A stretch of DNA of 64,000 bases from Rhizaria sp. SCN 62-66 (taxonomy: Eukaryota), in the NCBI GenBank assembly GCA_001724265.1, contig MEDY01000033.1, forward strand, positions 62,001-126,000, in the 5' to 3' direction. The notes under the pieces were generated by a model, which did no database searches, was not told the origin of the DNA, and saw nothing but the letters and a program-made list of their open reading frames with translations. The position numbers and the translations under genes are program-made. This document shows positions 43,972-57,100 of the stretch, piece after piece. Position 1 is the stretch's first letter. Each line of letters begins with the position of its first letter.

Positions 43972-46503
43972 AGCTCTTGCGCGTATTATGCCTCGAAAGC
44001 ATCTCAAAAGCTTCGTGAAAGCTTTTTGGAAACTTCTCCAGTATCCAGTGTTCATATATCTCGCGCACTCGTGCTGCCAGTGAGTGCGTCACTCGTCGCG
44101 AAGTGCAACGAATGCGTTGTGAAGTGCCTCTGTTTATGTATGTGTGTGTATGTGTGTGTTAATGCGGCTCGTCAAATCGTCGTTGCTCTGCAGGCTAGTG
44201 AAACCTGTGTCGTGCGCTAGTTGTGAACGAGTGAACCCTGCCTTGATCTTTGGTGGGCCATCGTTTGGTTCCATGTGAGGAGCCACATGTGCGTGTGTAC
44301 GTTTCACGACTGCCACGACGATGCGACAAACGGCGCATCACGGTGAGACGCATCTTGCTTCTTAAGAGTGACTCCAGCAGTTTTAGACACAGCGTCCAGT
44401 CATATTCATCTGTGAACTCACCCTTGTGCCTCTGCCCCCAGTCGTTACTGTTGCTCTCAGCACTTACAGACACAGACACATCATGCAAAACCGTCTCATA
44501 GCACATCACATCCTACGACGCATGCACACGCACACAAGCGCAAGCACAAACCCATCCTCAGACCCCAACTCAGACGCAGACTCGGCTCATGAATCCGCAT
44601 CATGTATCCGCAGGCTCCCAGACTCGCAATCTCTCTCTCACACAAACCTCTCAAACTGATTGACTCTCACCCGTGCGCGCAGATGCACGTGCGCTCTTTT
44701 GTTTTTCATATGGGACTGTATACTTGCCTGTACTCGTTGTTCCGGTGTACGCACTGTTTTCTTATATTGTTTTAGTATACTCATCTGGGTCGTGTTTTAC
44801 GCTGCTCTCTTCACATTTTGTATGCACGTCTCTCGCAGGCAAACGCACGGCAGATAGACAGACATTACGGGCACAGATTGACCGGTATATTCGATATATT
44901 TGAATTGTTTGTTCGTCTTTTTTAATACTATGTTCTCTCAGTCGCAGTTTTATATGTCTTCGTATTCAGTTTCTCCCACGCATCACCACAGTCGATGGGT
45001 GGCGTACATTCTTTCTCTCGTGTCTTTTTTCCCCCTCGTGTTTTTATGTGTCTTCCTTTTTTCCTTTTTTTAAGTTTTAGTTTTTGTTTGATTGCCGTAA
45101 TGTCTTGTATGCGCATAGTGTATGCTTGAACAATTACGTCATTTGATGATGCGCGGCTGTCTCAAGTGTGTTGTTGTTGTTGTTGTTGTTGTTGTGGCTT
45201 TGGATATGTATGAGTGCTTTTTGTTCATTAATCAATCATCCTTCTCTCCCCCTCGTTGATGTTGCTGATATCTCTCTACGTGTCCTAGACGTAGCATTGT
45301 TGATGTTGTTGTTTATTGTTGTTTGTTTTTTAGTCATTGCAAGTTGCTTAGGTGAGCACCATCCAACCCAGCGCTGATCAGTTCCGCGTCTGTGTCCGCT
45401 GGTTGGTGCCGTTGCTTTCAATCGCTGCTCTTCTGTCTGTTCGTATGTCGCCTACTTGATCTTACATACTGCTGGACGTATTTAAGTAAAGTGAGTAAGT
45501 AGGCGGTTTATAACTTCACTTCTCCTTGTGTTTTGTGTGTCTTCTTTTAATGTCTATATCAATTGATCTTTTTGTTTTTCCCTTTAAGCATAACTTCTTC
45601 TTTTTGTCTCCGTCTCTCTACCATCCGTGCCACCTGGCCACGCACACACATATGCACTTTTTTCATCAGTGGTGTGTGGTGTCTTTGTGTCCACCATGCA
45701 TTTGTGTCTGTGATTTATGTTTGTGTGAATAATAATTATATTCATGGATCTTTTTTGCCTTTTTTCCCTTCACATACCTCGTCATGAAATATCCTCCAGT
45801 TACAGTGACAACAACTTCTGCATCATCTCCAATTCCAACTCGTCTTAACAACAATGTAGCAGCAACGAACAACTCCAATGTACTAATAACATCAACAATA
45901 CGTAAAAATAATCCCGCAACAACAAGAACAAAATGAAGTAAATAGCATTGCAGAATCTACCATAACAATCACAACAACAAAACGACGCGTGTTGTCCTGT
46001 CTAAACTCGTAACTTTTCTTTTTAAATACTATCTTTACTTTTCGTCTCACATTCATTACACTCAGCTACCGCCTCAGTCGCTATTAAGTCGCCAGCACCG
46101 TAAAATAACATTTGTCCTCCTAACATTTGTCCTCCTTCACTGGCTTCATTGCTCTCCCAGTTTACGCTCCCAGCCTAACTATGAGCGTGAGTGTGATGAA
46201 TCGCATCTGTCGACACCGAAACAAAACGATAAATTGTATCTTTATAATTCCTTCCGTCGTAATAAACCAAACAAAACGAAACAAAAACAAAGAGTATGTA
46301 CAGTTCCCCAAACGACAGTCAATGCTTGCTCATCACACAAAGTAATTCGAAGTAGGAATGGGACAGGCCCTTAAGGCGGTAAGCTTACCTGGGAATGTAA
46401 AACAGATGTTGTATTCATAAACCATCTCTCAATTGTGAACAGCTGGCCCTCTAAGCATGGCCATAGCAAGCAGTAAAATCATCGGGAATCTTCCTTGTTT
46501 CTC

Positions 46504-48986
46504 TCAACCCTTGATGACTGCGACAGGGCGCAGCTTGAAGGCCTTCTTGGAGATGCCCGCACCGTGCGCCGTCTCCACGACAGCGTCGACATCCTGAGGA
46601 ACAAACGTGAAAATCAACATAAAAAGAAAATGTAAGATGAGAGAGAATCTCGAATTGAAATTGTAAAGAAACACCGAGACGTGATGACAGAGATTGGGCA
46701 CGTGACAGAGCATTTTAGCGTACCTTGTAGCTTTCGGGCGCCTCCTCCATGACGAGCTTGGGCGACGCGACGCGGATCGAGATGCCGCGCTCGTCGAGCA
46801 TGTTCAGCACGTCGTCGTACTCGAGGGCGCGGCGCGACTTGTTGCGTGACAGCGCGCGGCCGGCGCCGTGGCACGTGCCTGCGCGACGACAAGCAAGACA
46901 CAAACAATATCAACAGCAGCATAACAAAAGTGAGACAAATAACAAAGAAATTTACCATATACTACTGTAGTGTTGATGTAAATGAATAAAAGAATGTCTA
47001 GTGTTCATGCAAATAGGTGTCTGTTGTTGAACGTACTGCCGAAGGTGTCGGCCATGCCCTTCTCCGTGCCCAGCAGCACGTAGCTCGCGGTGCCCATGGT
47101 GCCGCCGATCAGCACGGGCTGGCCGATGGACTGGTAGTCGACCGGGATCAGCGGGTGATGCGGGGGGAACGCGCGCGTGGCGCCCTTGCGGTGCACCAGA
47201 AGCGTGCGGGGCTTGCCGTCGACGAGGTGCTCCTCGACCTACACAGACACATACATCATTTTGAGCAGCATATGAGTTAGTCAGTGTTGCTTGAATGAAC
47301 AAATAGTACGTAAATGCACCTCGGTCATAATATATCAAGGTTAGGTGCGGCATATAAAATGGCAATGTGCCTCATATAAAAAATTTAGTTTAAATAGCTT
47401 GTTTCGTATATCGTGTTGATAGTTATTCGGACCTTGGCGATGTTGTGCGAGACGTCGTAGATGACGTGCATGTCCAGGTCATCGGGTGTGGTGTTGAACA
47501 CCTTGGCAAATGTTTGCCGCACGAGGAATGTCATCGCGGAGCGGTTCACCCAGGCGAAGTTGGCCGCGGCGGACATTGCCGAGAGGTAGTCCTGGCCCAG
47601 CTCGCTGTCGATGCGCGCACACGCGAGCTGGCGGTCCGCGGTCGGCACCGCGCCGCGGGCCTGCGCCGACTGGTCGTCCATGGCAATAAGCGCGTCCGTG
47701 GCCACCTGGTGGCCCAGGCCTCGGGAGCCGGAGTGGACCATGATGACGACCTGAGTTGTGTGCAGATTAGAAAAAGCAAGAGAATGCAATTAGTAGGGTG
47801 AGACTCAGAGAGCGACATGGGGCGACATTGACGGAATAATGGTCAATTTAAAGCTAATAAACATGCCGCTCGTGTGTTCCACAATAAAGCGCGATACATC
47901 TGAGTGAAATTGATGTGCATACCTGTCCGACGCGGTCGATGCCCATGCAGCGCGCAGCGCGGTCGTCAAAGATCTCCTCAACAACCTGAATCTCGCAGTA
48001 GTGGTTACCGGCGCCCAGCGTACCCATCTGTGTCACGCCGCGCTTCTTGGCCCGCTCGGAAACCTTACTGGGGTCGGCGTTGAGCATGCGACCGAACTCC
48101 TCACAGTGCTCCTTATCCTCGACCCAGGAGTAGCCCTCGCGAACCGTCCAGTCCATGCCCAGCCCCAGAGCCTCCTCGATCGACTCACCGTCGGCCGGGA
48201 TCACGCCCTTGGTGCCGACGCCGACGGGAATGTGGTTGAAGAGGGACTGGGCGAGCTGCTCCTGCACGTCCTTGATGTCGTCGTAGTCGAGGTTGGTACG
48301 GATCAGGCGGACGCCGCAGTTGATGTCGAAGCCGACGCCGCCGGGGGACACAACCGCAGTGGGGTCCTCCATGTCAACTGTGAACAGAAGAAAAAACAAG
48401 TGGCGTGCAAATAAAATTGCAAGTTACAAGTTAGTCGTTGGATATATGGCTGTGCTGATGTGATGATATCGAGGAGCAAGCAAGTCAAGAAGTCACTAGG
48501 CAAAAAAACGAAAGAACGTACAAGCAGCGACGTTGCCGATGGCGAAGCCGTAGCCAGAGTGCACGTCGGGCATGCCAAAGGAGCCCTTAACAATGCCAGG
48601 AAGCGTGGCAACGTTGGCAAGCTGCTTCATCGCGGGCAGGAAGGCGCCCGCGTGGTGGGTCGCGTATTGCTCCAGCTCCTGGAAGATGTTTGTCTCCAGG
48701 TCCTTGTTGACGTAGAAGTAGCCTGGGACGCGCATGTCGTCAACAAAGCCCTCGTCAATCCTAAAGAGATACTCGTTCTCGCGCGAGATAAACTCCTTCT
48801 CCTGTCTCGGGGGAAGCACAGCGATGCGGAGAAAGGAGGGAAACATGAGTGGTGGGAGAGAAAACGCTGGGTGGCTGCGGGAATTCCAAGACAGATTTAG
48901 CGCGTGATACGTACCTGCTCGTAAGTGCGATTTGACTTCTTTGCACGAACATCCTTAGTCCATGCGGGAGCACCGTCCTCAGCCAT
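46504..48986 (-). CDS. RTCB: tRNA-splicing ligase RtcB; complement(join(46504..46593,46724..46878,47037..47238,47433..47750,47923..48377,48522..48801,48915..48986)), ~523 aa
   Basis: Motifs [76 protein letters not shown] and LRPVAVIKG. Six GT..AG introns preserve the frame. Ends TGA. Confidence 0.96.
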
Positions 48987-49461
48987 TTTGATGAGCTAAA
49001 TCCAGTGATCAATTCACAAATCAAATCCAGCTTGATGCTCATGTCGCCCAGTTGCGGAACACGATTTTGCGTTTGTGGTGGAACAGAAGTTGCAGAATGT
49101 TTGTGGTGGACTGCAGGCCCACAGGCACGCTATGTCTCGCAATCGGTTTTATTATTTGTGGTTGGAATTACTATATTCAAATTTTTTTCATACAACATAC
49201 TCATATTAATCCTATATAAACTGAAATCAGTGGTGATGCTTTGGTTTTACTTCTTCAAGTGTAACACGCTCAATCAGTTTGAAAAGCGAGAAAATGTAAC
49301 TAGTACGCTCGCCCGTGTAATTAGTATACTCATAGTATACTGTAACTAGTTGTACAACAGCATTACCGCCATGCAGTGTTTGCTATATTAATGCTTCACT
49401 TTGGATGATGATGCTTCGGGCTTCTCGAGGACGTTGAGAATGTCGTGCCTGGAACATGGAA

Positions 49462-50196
49462 TTAAGGCTTCTGTAAGCGCTTCCACTTAATGGGGGTGCG
49501 CTGCTCGGACACGTAGCCCCACTGTGTCGGCCGCCACTTGACCGGTTTCCACTGCGTCGGGCGGCCGATGCGGTCGAACGCGATCGGCTTGTACTGGCTG
49601 GGCTTGTAGCTCACCGGCTTGTACCGGGGAGGGTCAAACCTCTCGTGTTTGAACTGTGTCGGGGTGTATGCACTGCGTTGTTTGTTGTACCTGCCGTAGT
49701 TTTGGCGACTACCGTAGCCGCGGCCGACATTTCCGCCGCTGTTGCGACCATTGAAGCCGCTGCCGCCGCCGTAGCCATGGCCGCCAGAGCTGCGGCGGCC
49801 AGAGCTGCGACCACCGCCGTAGCCGCGGCCACCGCCATAGCTGCGACCGCCACCGTAGCTGCGACCACCGCCGCCGTAGCCGCGGCCGCCACCAGAGCCG
49901 CGACCACCGCCACCGTAGCCGCGGCCACCGCCACCACGCCCTGCAACGCCTGTCTCGAGGAAAGAAACGGCATCGGGCACAGTCACAAGGTCGAGTCCTT
50001 CAATGTCCCTCGAGTCAGTGGCGACAAGTGCTGAGGAACTTGACTTGGTGACCAGCGAGTTGTCCCGAGGCCGCGCTGTCCCACGGCCAGTCCACGCGTC
50101 TCCCTGCTGCTCGCGTCGCGCAGCGTCGGATGCAACTGCGCAAAAGAGGAGAGAAAGGGCGGTCATCATGAGAACCAGCCTCGTGGCGCGCCTCAT
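49462..50196 (-). CDS. Secreted Gly/Arg/Tyr-rich repeat protein, 244 aa
   Basis: Hydrophobic signal peptide, SFLET motif, GGGR(G/S)YGGG repeats and C-terminal KP/PTQW repeats. Ends TAA. Confidence 0.7.
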   Translation of the reverse strand: MRRATRLVLMMTALSLLFCAVASDAARREQQGDAWTGRGTARPRDNSLVTKSSSSALVATDSRDIEGLDLVTVPDAVSFLETGVAGRGGGGRGYGGGGRGSGGGRGYGGGGRSYGGGRSYGGGRGYGGGRSSGRRSSGGHGYGGGSGFNGRNSGGNVGRGYGSRQNYGRYNKQRSAYTPTQFKHERFDPPRYKPVSYKPSQYKPIAFDRIGRPTQWKPVKWRPTQWGYVSEQRTPIKWKRLQKP

Positions 50197-50971
50197 GACT
50201 CGCTGTGGGATTAAATGGGAAGATAAAATGCAGATTGCGTGAGTGGGATTGATTGAGCTTTAACTTCGGACGTAGGTTGTTGTTGATAATGATGACGTTT
50301 TACAATGATTGACTGGATGATGTACTAAAAGTTGTGTTTCAGTGTGAAAATGTGGTATTTCAAATCGACATACAAGATACAAATATAAGACTATTGTTCG
50401 ACTAAAACAACACAAAATAATGCTATTTCTACACAAAGCACACTGCTGCAACCCAAGAAAGACCACCTTGGGATACGGAGGGTGCATGGTGGCGGGAGCT
50501 GCTTGAGGCGGGATTGTTGTGCTGATAAGGCGCAGTGGGGTGAAAGAGAGTAGAATAACAAACACTAGTGTAATGGCTTGCAGGATAGAGTCCCATATTC
50601 TCCGGCAGTTGATTAAGTCTGGCACTATGATGCCGAACGCCTTCTGTGCATCGCGCAGAACTGACCGTGAGCCAAGACGCTTGTTCGAGTCGAGTGGTGG
50701 GTGGTGCGGGGGTATGGGCTGCGCACTCTCCTTTGTTACGACCCAATACGATCGTCTTGTTGTTTTGTCGTTCACATATATGGTACTTGGCACAGTTTTT
50801 CGACTATTTTTTATTCTTAATTCTCATGAAAACACATTTCTTCTCTTCAACTACCCGTCCCCCCGCTGCAGCTTCCCCACTCTCTTCGCCCCCACTCTCG
50901 CCCCCGCCTTTCCCCACCTGCCGACCCGCCCGCAGCTCGGCTCCCCCTCTTACCCAGTTCCTCACACGGCC

Positions 50972-53923
50972 ATGTCCCGTTCTTCCTCCGCCGCTCGCCG
51001 CTTCGGCGGCCTCGTGATGACCATTGCGTCCGACGACGAGGTCGACGACCTGGACGCCCTGTCCGAGGAGGAGCAGTTCCTCGACGACAAGGACACCGCC
51101 AGCGCCAACAAGAGCGCCTCCAAGGGCGGCAAGAAGAAGCCGGCGAAGAAGCCGACGAAGAAGGACGTCGAGGAGGACGAACGCGAGGCCGAGGCTGCGA
51201 TGTCCTTCTTCGCCGAGATCGACTCCTCCGCGGCCGCGGCCGAGGCGGACAAGCTGCGCCGCAGCCAGGAGCAGCGCGTGTACTCGGCCAAGAACGAGAA
51301 CCTGCGCTCCGCGATTCAGAAGCAGATTGACGTGGTGTCGCAGCGCAAGGCCGCCGCGATGGCCGCGCTTGCCAAGGAGGTGGCCAAGAACGAGGAGGAG
51401 GCTGAGGCCGGCGACAACGACGACTCCGATGACGGCGACGACGATGCTGACTCTGGCAATGACGACGATGACGGTGAGCCCGACTCCGAGGACTCGGATG
51501 CCATGATTGACGCCGAACTCGAGGACGACGATGAGGAGGACGCCAAGCCCAAGACCAAGGCTGGCAAGGCTGCCCTCGCCTCCAAGCCCACCAAGACCGC
51601 CGCCGCCGCCGCTGTCAAGTCCTCTAAGACCGCGAAGTCCGCCGCTGCGGTCGCGGTGGACCCGAATGCGCTCAAGATCATCGACGCGGCCTCTGAGGGC
51701 CCCGAGTGGGGCAAGGACGCCGACGGTGAGGACGAGGACGGTGATGGCTCAAGCGACTCCGAGCTCGACAGCGCGCTCAACCGCGAGGTGTTCGAGGACC
51801 AGCAGACGTTTGATGCCAACGAAAACGCCGACTTCGCCGACCTTAAGCTCTCGCGCGCGACACTGCAAGGCATCCGCGCCATGGGATTCCTGAAGCCGAC
51901 GCCGATCCAGCGCGCCGCGATCCCCGTCGCGCTCTCGGGCGTCGACATCCTCGCCAACGCCGTCACGGGCTCCGGCAAGACGGTTGCCTTCGTGATCCCG
52001 ATCCTGGAGCGCTTGCTGCACGCGCCGCGCCGCGCCGCGCTGACCCGCGCCGTGATCATCACGCCGACGCGCGAGCTGGCAGAGCAGATCCACAAGGTAG
52101 CGCAGGGCCTCGGCCGCTCCACGGGCGCGCGGTCCACCTGCGTCGTCGGTGGGCTCAGCCTCTCTGCGCAGGAGATGGAGCTCCGCGCGCGGCCCGACAT
52201 CGTCGTCGCCACGCCCGGCCGCCTCATCGACCACCTGGCCAACTCCAAGTCGGTGCACCTGGACGACGTGGAGATGCTGGTGCTGGACGAGGCGGACCGG
52301 CTGCTCGAGATGGGCTTCGTCGACGCTGTGAAGCAGATCGTCGCGTGCTGCCCGCGCGGCCGTCAGACGATGCTCTTCTCGGCCACGCTGGGCGAGAACG
52401 TACTGGATCTCATCAACATGACGCTCCATAACCCCCAGCGCATCACCGTCGACAAGACGAGCTCGATCGTCGACACGCTCACGCAGGAGTTCGTGCGTCT
52501 GCGCAAGGACTCTGACCTGGTCCGTGAGGCCATTGTCATTGCGCTTTGCAAGCGCAAGTTCACCTCGCGCACCATCATCTTCTGCCGCACCAAGATCGAC
52601 GCGCACCGGCTCATGATTCTCTTCGGACTCTCGGGGCTCAAGGCGGCCGAGATGCACGGCGACCTCACCCAGGTGCAGCGCCAGGAGGCGCTCGAGGACT
52701 TCCGCAACCACAAGGTGGACTTCCTGATCTGCACGGACCTGGCATCGCGCGGTATCGACATCAAGGGTGTGCAGGTCGTCATCAACCTGCATATGCCCAA
52801 GGAGCTGCCACAGTACGTGCACCGCGTCGGCCGCACCGCGCGCGCCGGCTCCCGCGGTCTGGCCGTGTCGCTCATGGGCGAGAACGACCGTCGTCTGCTG
52901 CGCGACATCATGAAGCACGCGCGCAACGTTGTCCGCAAGCGCGAGGTGCCGCCCGCGGTGATCGTGCAGTACTCGCAGCACGTCGCCGCGCTCGAGGGCG
53001 ACGTCGAGAATGTGCTTAAGGAAGAGAAGTTCGAGCGTGAGATCGCCCGCAGCGAGATGGACCTGCGCCGCGCGACCAACGTGGTCGAGCACAAGGACGA
53101 GATCTACTCCCGCCCCGCCCGCGAGTGGTTCCAGTCCAACGCCGAGAAGCGCGCCGTCCGCGAGCGCTCTGGGCTCGTCTCGGGCGACCGCGTGACGGAC
53201 ACGAACAAGGCACGCGAGAAGGCACTCAAGGACGCCGCCAAGGAGCTCGAGGCCGACAGCAGCTCCAGCGAAGACATCGACAGCACGATTGGCGTGCACG
53301 GCAAGAAGAAGAAGTTCGCGGACCTCTCTCGCACGGAGCGCCGCAAGAAGACGCTGGGCGCCGAGCGCGAGCGCGAAGTCAAGTCGACGGCGGACCGTCT
53401 GCGCGCCGAGGCGGCGACGATGCCCGAGAAGGAGCGCAAGAAGCTGCTGCATACGGTGATGGTGATGACCAAGCCCGAGATCGCGGTGCGGCGCGCCAAG
53501 AAGGCAGAGCACCGTGAGAAGATGAAGGTGATCATGGGCCACGAAAACGACGGCGCCGGCCCCGAGGCGCTGGAGCGCCGCATGAAGCAGATGCGCCGCG
53601 ACAACGTCAACGTGGTGCGCGAGGCCAAGCGCACGGCCAAGGAGATGAAGCAGGCGGGCGAGGACGTCGACGTCAAGGAGTACATCGACAAGGCACTGGG
53701 CAGCAAGAAGGCCAAGATGGCGCCGCAGGAGCGCGACCGCAAGTACCTCGACCGCAACAGCGCAGAGATGCTTGGCCGCAGCGACCTCAGCGGCGAGAAG
53801 AAGCGCTACGCCGACGCCACCAAGCTGCACGCGCGCAATGCCAAGGCCGCCGACGCGCAGTTCCTCGAGAGCATCAAGCCCCGCAAGACCAACAAGTCCC
53901 TTTCGCGCCACCGCCGCCGCTAA
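50972..53923 (+). CDS. DDX27: DEAD-box RNA helicase DDX27/Drs1 (60S biogenesis), ~983 aa
   Basis: Acidic N-terminus, PTPIQ, AVTGSGKT, PTRELA, TPGRLIDH, DEAD, SAT, LTQEFVR, HRVGRTARAG and the Drs1-type IYSRPAREWF. ATG at 50972; ends TAA. Confidence 0.92.
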   Translation: MSRSSSAARRFGGLVMTIASDDEVDDLDALSEEEQFLDDKDTASANKSASKGGKKKPAKKPTKKDVEEDEREAEAAMSFFAEIDSSAAAAEADKLRRSQEQRVYSAKNENLRSAIQKQIDVVSQRKAAAMAALAKEVAKNEEEAEAGDNDDSDDGDDDADSGNDDDDGEPDSEDSDAMIDAELEDDDEEDAKPKTKAGKAALASKPTKTAAAAAVKSSKTAKSAAAVAVDPNALKIIDAASEGPEWGKDADGEDEDGDGSSDSELDSALNREVFEDQQTFDANENADFADLKLSRATLQGIRAMGFLKPTPIQRAAIPVALSGVDILANAVTGSGKTVAFVIPILERLLHAPRRAALTRAVIITPTRELAEQIHKVAQGLGRSTGARSTCVVGGLSLSAQEMELRARPDIVVATPGRLIDHLANSKSVHLDDVEMLVLDEADRLLEMGFVDAVKQIVACCPRGRQTMLFSATLGENVLDLINMTLHNPQRITVDKTSSIVDTLTQEFVRLRKDSDLVREAIVIALCKRKFTSRTIIFCRTKIDAHRLMILFGLSGLKAAEMHGDLTQVQRQEALEDFRNHKVDFLICTDLASRGIDIKGVQVVINLHMPKELPQYVHRVGRTARAGSRGLAVSLMGENDRRLLRDIMKHARNVVRKREVPPAVIVQYSQHVAALEGDVENVLKEEKFEREIARSEMDLRRATNVVEHKDEIYSRPAREWFQSNAEKRAVRERSGLVSGDRVTDTNKAREKALKDAAKELEADSSSSEDIDSTIGVHGKKKKFADLSRTERRKKTLGAEREREVKSTADRLRAEAATMPEKERKKLLHTVMVMTKPEIAVRRAKKAEHREKMKVIMGHENDGAGPEALERRMKQMRRDNVNVVREAKRTAKEMKQAGEDVDVKEYIDKALGSKKAKMAPQERDRKYLDRNSAEMLGRSDLSGEKKRYADATKLHARNAKAADAQFLESIKPRKTNKSLSRHRRR

Positions 53924-54194
53924 AGCAGTCGCCAGTAAAGCGAGGGTTTTCGTCGCTGGTGATTCTTTTAGATGTTATTTTAATAGTGCTAGTCTTAGAA
54001 ATCGTATTTTATCTTCTTTGAGACAATCAATCTCATGTAAACGTGTGTGCAACAATAAAGAGTATATTAAGTCCGTTCGTTGTGACTCTTTTCGATGTAC
54101 GTTGTTGACTCTTGATATAACATGTAAAATGTGTATTGCTATGTAAATGAATCAACTAAAGTAGTTTGAGTAATAGAGTTATGGGATTCTTGTG

Positions 54195-57100
54195 TTACCC
54201 CCTGCGCTGCTGCACTGCTGCGATGGTGGCCGCCGTGGCAGCCATCTGTTTCTGCTCCTTCTGCTGCAGCTGGATCACGCGCTGCTTCAACTGCTGCACA
54301 GCCGTCTGCAGCTGCTTCATGATCCCGCTCTGCTGCTTGTTGGCCTGCCGCAGCGTCGCCGCCTCCGACTGCACGGCCTGCCGCGCCGCAGTCACAGCCG
54401 CGAGTCCGCGCTCCGAGACCTCGAGCTTGTTCAGCGCCTCGGCCTTGTGCGCCTTCTCCTGGTTTAACAGCGTGTTGAGCGTCGTCGCCGACTTGAGCGC
54501 CATGGCGAGCTTGCCCTCGCAGACGACGAGTTTTTGCGACGTCTTGCGCTCTTTGACCTCGATGGGGCGGTAAATGAGGTCGATTTCGTCCTGCAGCCGC
54601 CCCGCGCGCGCCGTCTCCGCGGCCAGTTTGTCCGCCATCTCCTCCAGCCGCACCTGCAGCGCCGCCGCGGCCGCGCGCCGCTCTTCGAGCTGCGTCTCGG
54701 TGCGCTTATGCTCGCGCTCGGCCGCCTCGGCGCGCTCTTGCAGCCGGCCTTCGCGCACGGCGCTGGCCTCGAGCTTCTTGTGCAGCTCCTTGGCCTCGGC
54801 CTCGCCCTCCTTAACAGCGTCCGTGAGCGACGCAACCTCGCCCTCGAGCCGGATGCGCACGGCCTCAACCTCGCCTAGCTTGGCGTTGACGCTCTCAACC
54901 TGGTTCTCGAGCGAGCGCTCACGGTGACGGAACACCGCGCCCGCCTCCTGGTGCTCCGCGCGGAGCCCGTCGTTGGCCGCCTTGAGAGACGAGATCGTGC
55001 TATCGCGAGAGCGCATTGTCTCCTTGAGCGCGTCCAGGGCCGTGTTGACGGCAGAAAGTTCGGCCTCGATCGTCGCGCTGTGAGCCTTGAGAGCGGTCAG
55101 CTTCGCGTCGGTGTCGTGCAGCGTGGCAGAAGTCTCATTCAGCCGGGCGTCGGTGCTGCGCAGCGAGGAAGCCAGCGACGCGCGTTCCGTGTCGGCCGCG
55201 GCAAGCGCATGGCGCAGGGTTTCGCGTTCAGAGTCTAAACGCTCTGTGTCGGTGATGGCGGATGTCAGGCGGGACTCGAACTCAAGGCGCTAAAGTGTAC
55301 GCAACAATGAAAGAATATAGACACACACAATATCAAACAGGATGAGCGAAAACCAAGTGAAAACAATTTCGTCGCATACATGTGATGTTTAGAATCATTC
55401 AAATCTTACAAAAGCAATGTAACTTAGAAACGTACCGAAGTGTTGAGCTGCGTGCGGAGCCGCTCGAGCTCCGCATCGACGAGGTCGTTCTTGCTCACGG
55501 CCCGGCGCTCGCCGTCCTGCGCCGCCGTCAGCGCGGTCCGCAGCGAGTCGATCTCGGAGCTCAACGACGCCTTCTCGGCCAGCAGCGCCTTGGTCGCGGC
55601 CTCGAGCGTCGCCGTGGCCTCGGCGCGCGCCGCAGCTTCGGCCGTCAGGCGCGCGAGGGCGTCCTGGTGCACGGCCGAGGCGGACTGGACAGAGCTGAGC
55701 TTGGACAGCAGCGCGGTCAACGCGGCGCGGAGCTCGCCGTTGGAAGTGAAGAGGGCGTCATAGTCGGCTGTTTGTGACATCGCTGTGGATGAACAAGAAG
55801 GAACAAGGTACGAACAGAAATGCGTGAAAATAAGCATCACGGAATATGTTTTGAGTCATCTCAAAGCTTGAAAAAACACATCTCGTGTAGAAAAAAAAAA
55901 CATTGCCAAAAAAATATGCAACGAGAAGAAGAACGTACCTGAGCGCATATCGCCGGTCGCGACCGAGGCCAGCGGCGCCGCCGCGGCCACGGCGCCGGCC
56001 CTGGTACCGACACCGCTCTTGAGCCCGATCCCGGCCCCGTACGGCACGCCCAGCGGCGCCGTGCGCGCGGCGGCGATGATCGGGGCCAGCGCGGCGGCCG
56101 AGGCGGAGGGCCGCAGCAGCGCGAGCGAGCCTGCGTTGGTATTGTTGGCGTTGGCGACTGAGAGTTGGGACATCGACGGGACGAGCGAGAGCGTTGACTG
56201 CGCCGGGAGCAGCAGGGACGGCGACGACACGTTGCTCATCATAACCCCGTTGCCGTAGCTGCTGTGGGAGTTGTTGTTCACGAGCGGCGGCAGCAGCGCC
56301 GACTGAGACTGCACTGCGGCCAACGCAGAGCCCAGGCCAGTGCGCTCCAGCTCAACCATGCTCCCGTTGTACGGATTGTGACCGTGAGCAGAGTAACCGT
56401 GGGCAGGATACTGCTCGAAGACGCCGCTCGCGCTCGCAGCCAGCGCGCTGCCCACGGTCACACCGCTGATCACGGTCACGATCCCGCCGTGCTTGCCGCG
56501 CGCGCTCAGCGCACCAGCGCCCTTAAACGACGCCAGGTGACCGTGAGCACCACTGGGGACGCCACGCGCACTGTGACTCGCCACATTCGTGGTGTTGCCG
56601 AGATCGAGCGTGGAGAGGGCGTGAATTGACCGTGAGCTTGCGAGGTCTTTGCGAATCGCGGCCGCAGCAGCTGGAGTCAGCTGCAAGTCACCACCCGCAT
56701 TGCCCGGCATCGCAGCAGTGGTGCTACTACTGATGCTACTGCTATTGTTTTGGCGGGAAATTGAAGGCAGGATCACCTTGTCTTCGTCACCAATGACGCT
56801 CGCGGCGGCGGCGCGACGTCGGGCAGTGGCGGCGGCAGCAGCGGCGGCGGTAGCAGCGTCGGCCTCGGCAAACGACTCGAATCCGTCCGCACGCAGCGCC
56901 CGCTGCTGCTGCTGTTGATACTGCTGCTGTTGCTGTTGTTCGGTCAGCAAAGCCTGTGACTGCGAAGGGACGATGATGCGGTCGCCGAGCGTGGCCGCAT
57001 CCAGCGTGATATGGGACGTGTTGACGCGAGCAGCAGGCACAAAGCGGGAGCCAGAGCCAGGACTTGCGCCAAGCGCAGCAGTGCTGGTCCTGGAGCCAGT

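Noticed and set aside
44000-46500. Short ORFs in the AT-rich region between PP2C and RtcB (similarly 25940-27550)
   Set aside because: These are simple-sequence, TG/CA-rich 3' UTR or intergenic DNA between convergent genes, with no coding bias.
50519-50971. N-terminal extension of the DDX27 ORF in the ORF track
   Set aside because: It has a non-ATG start and crosses AT-rich promoter/UTR-like DNA. Codon bias begins at ATG 50972.
51749-53911. Long antisense ORFs (720 aa here; also 59702..61441, 24624..25718, 42895..44055 and many others)
   Set aside because: These are shadow frames of GC3-rich genes on the opposite strand, with no motifs.
6232-53923. DTW, RtcB and DDX27 as a functional RNA-processing cluster
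   Set aside because: They are widely separated and interspersed with unrelated genes; ordinary eukaryotic gene order explains it.
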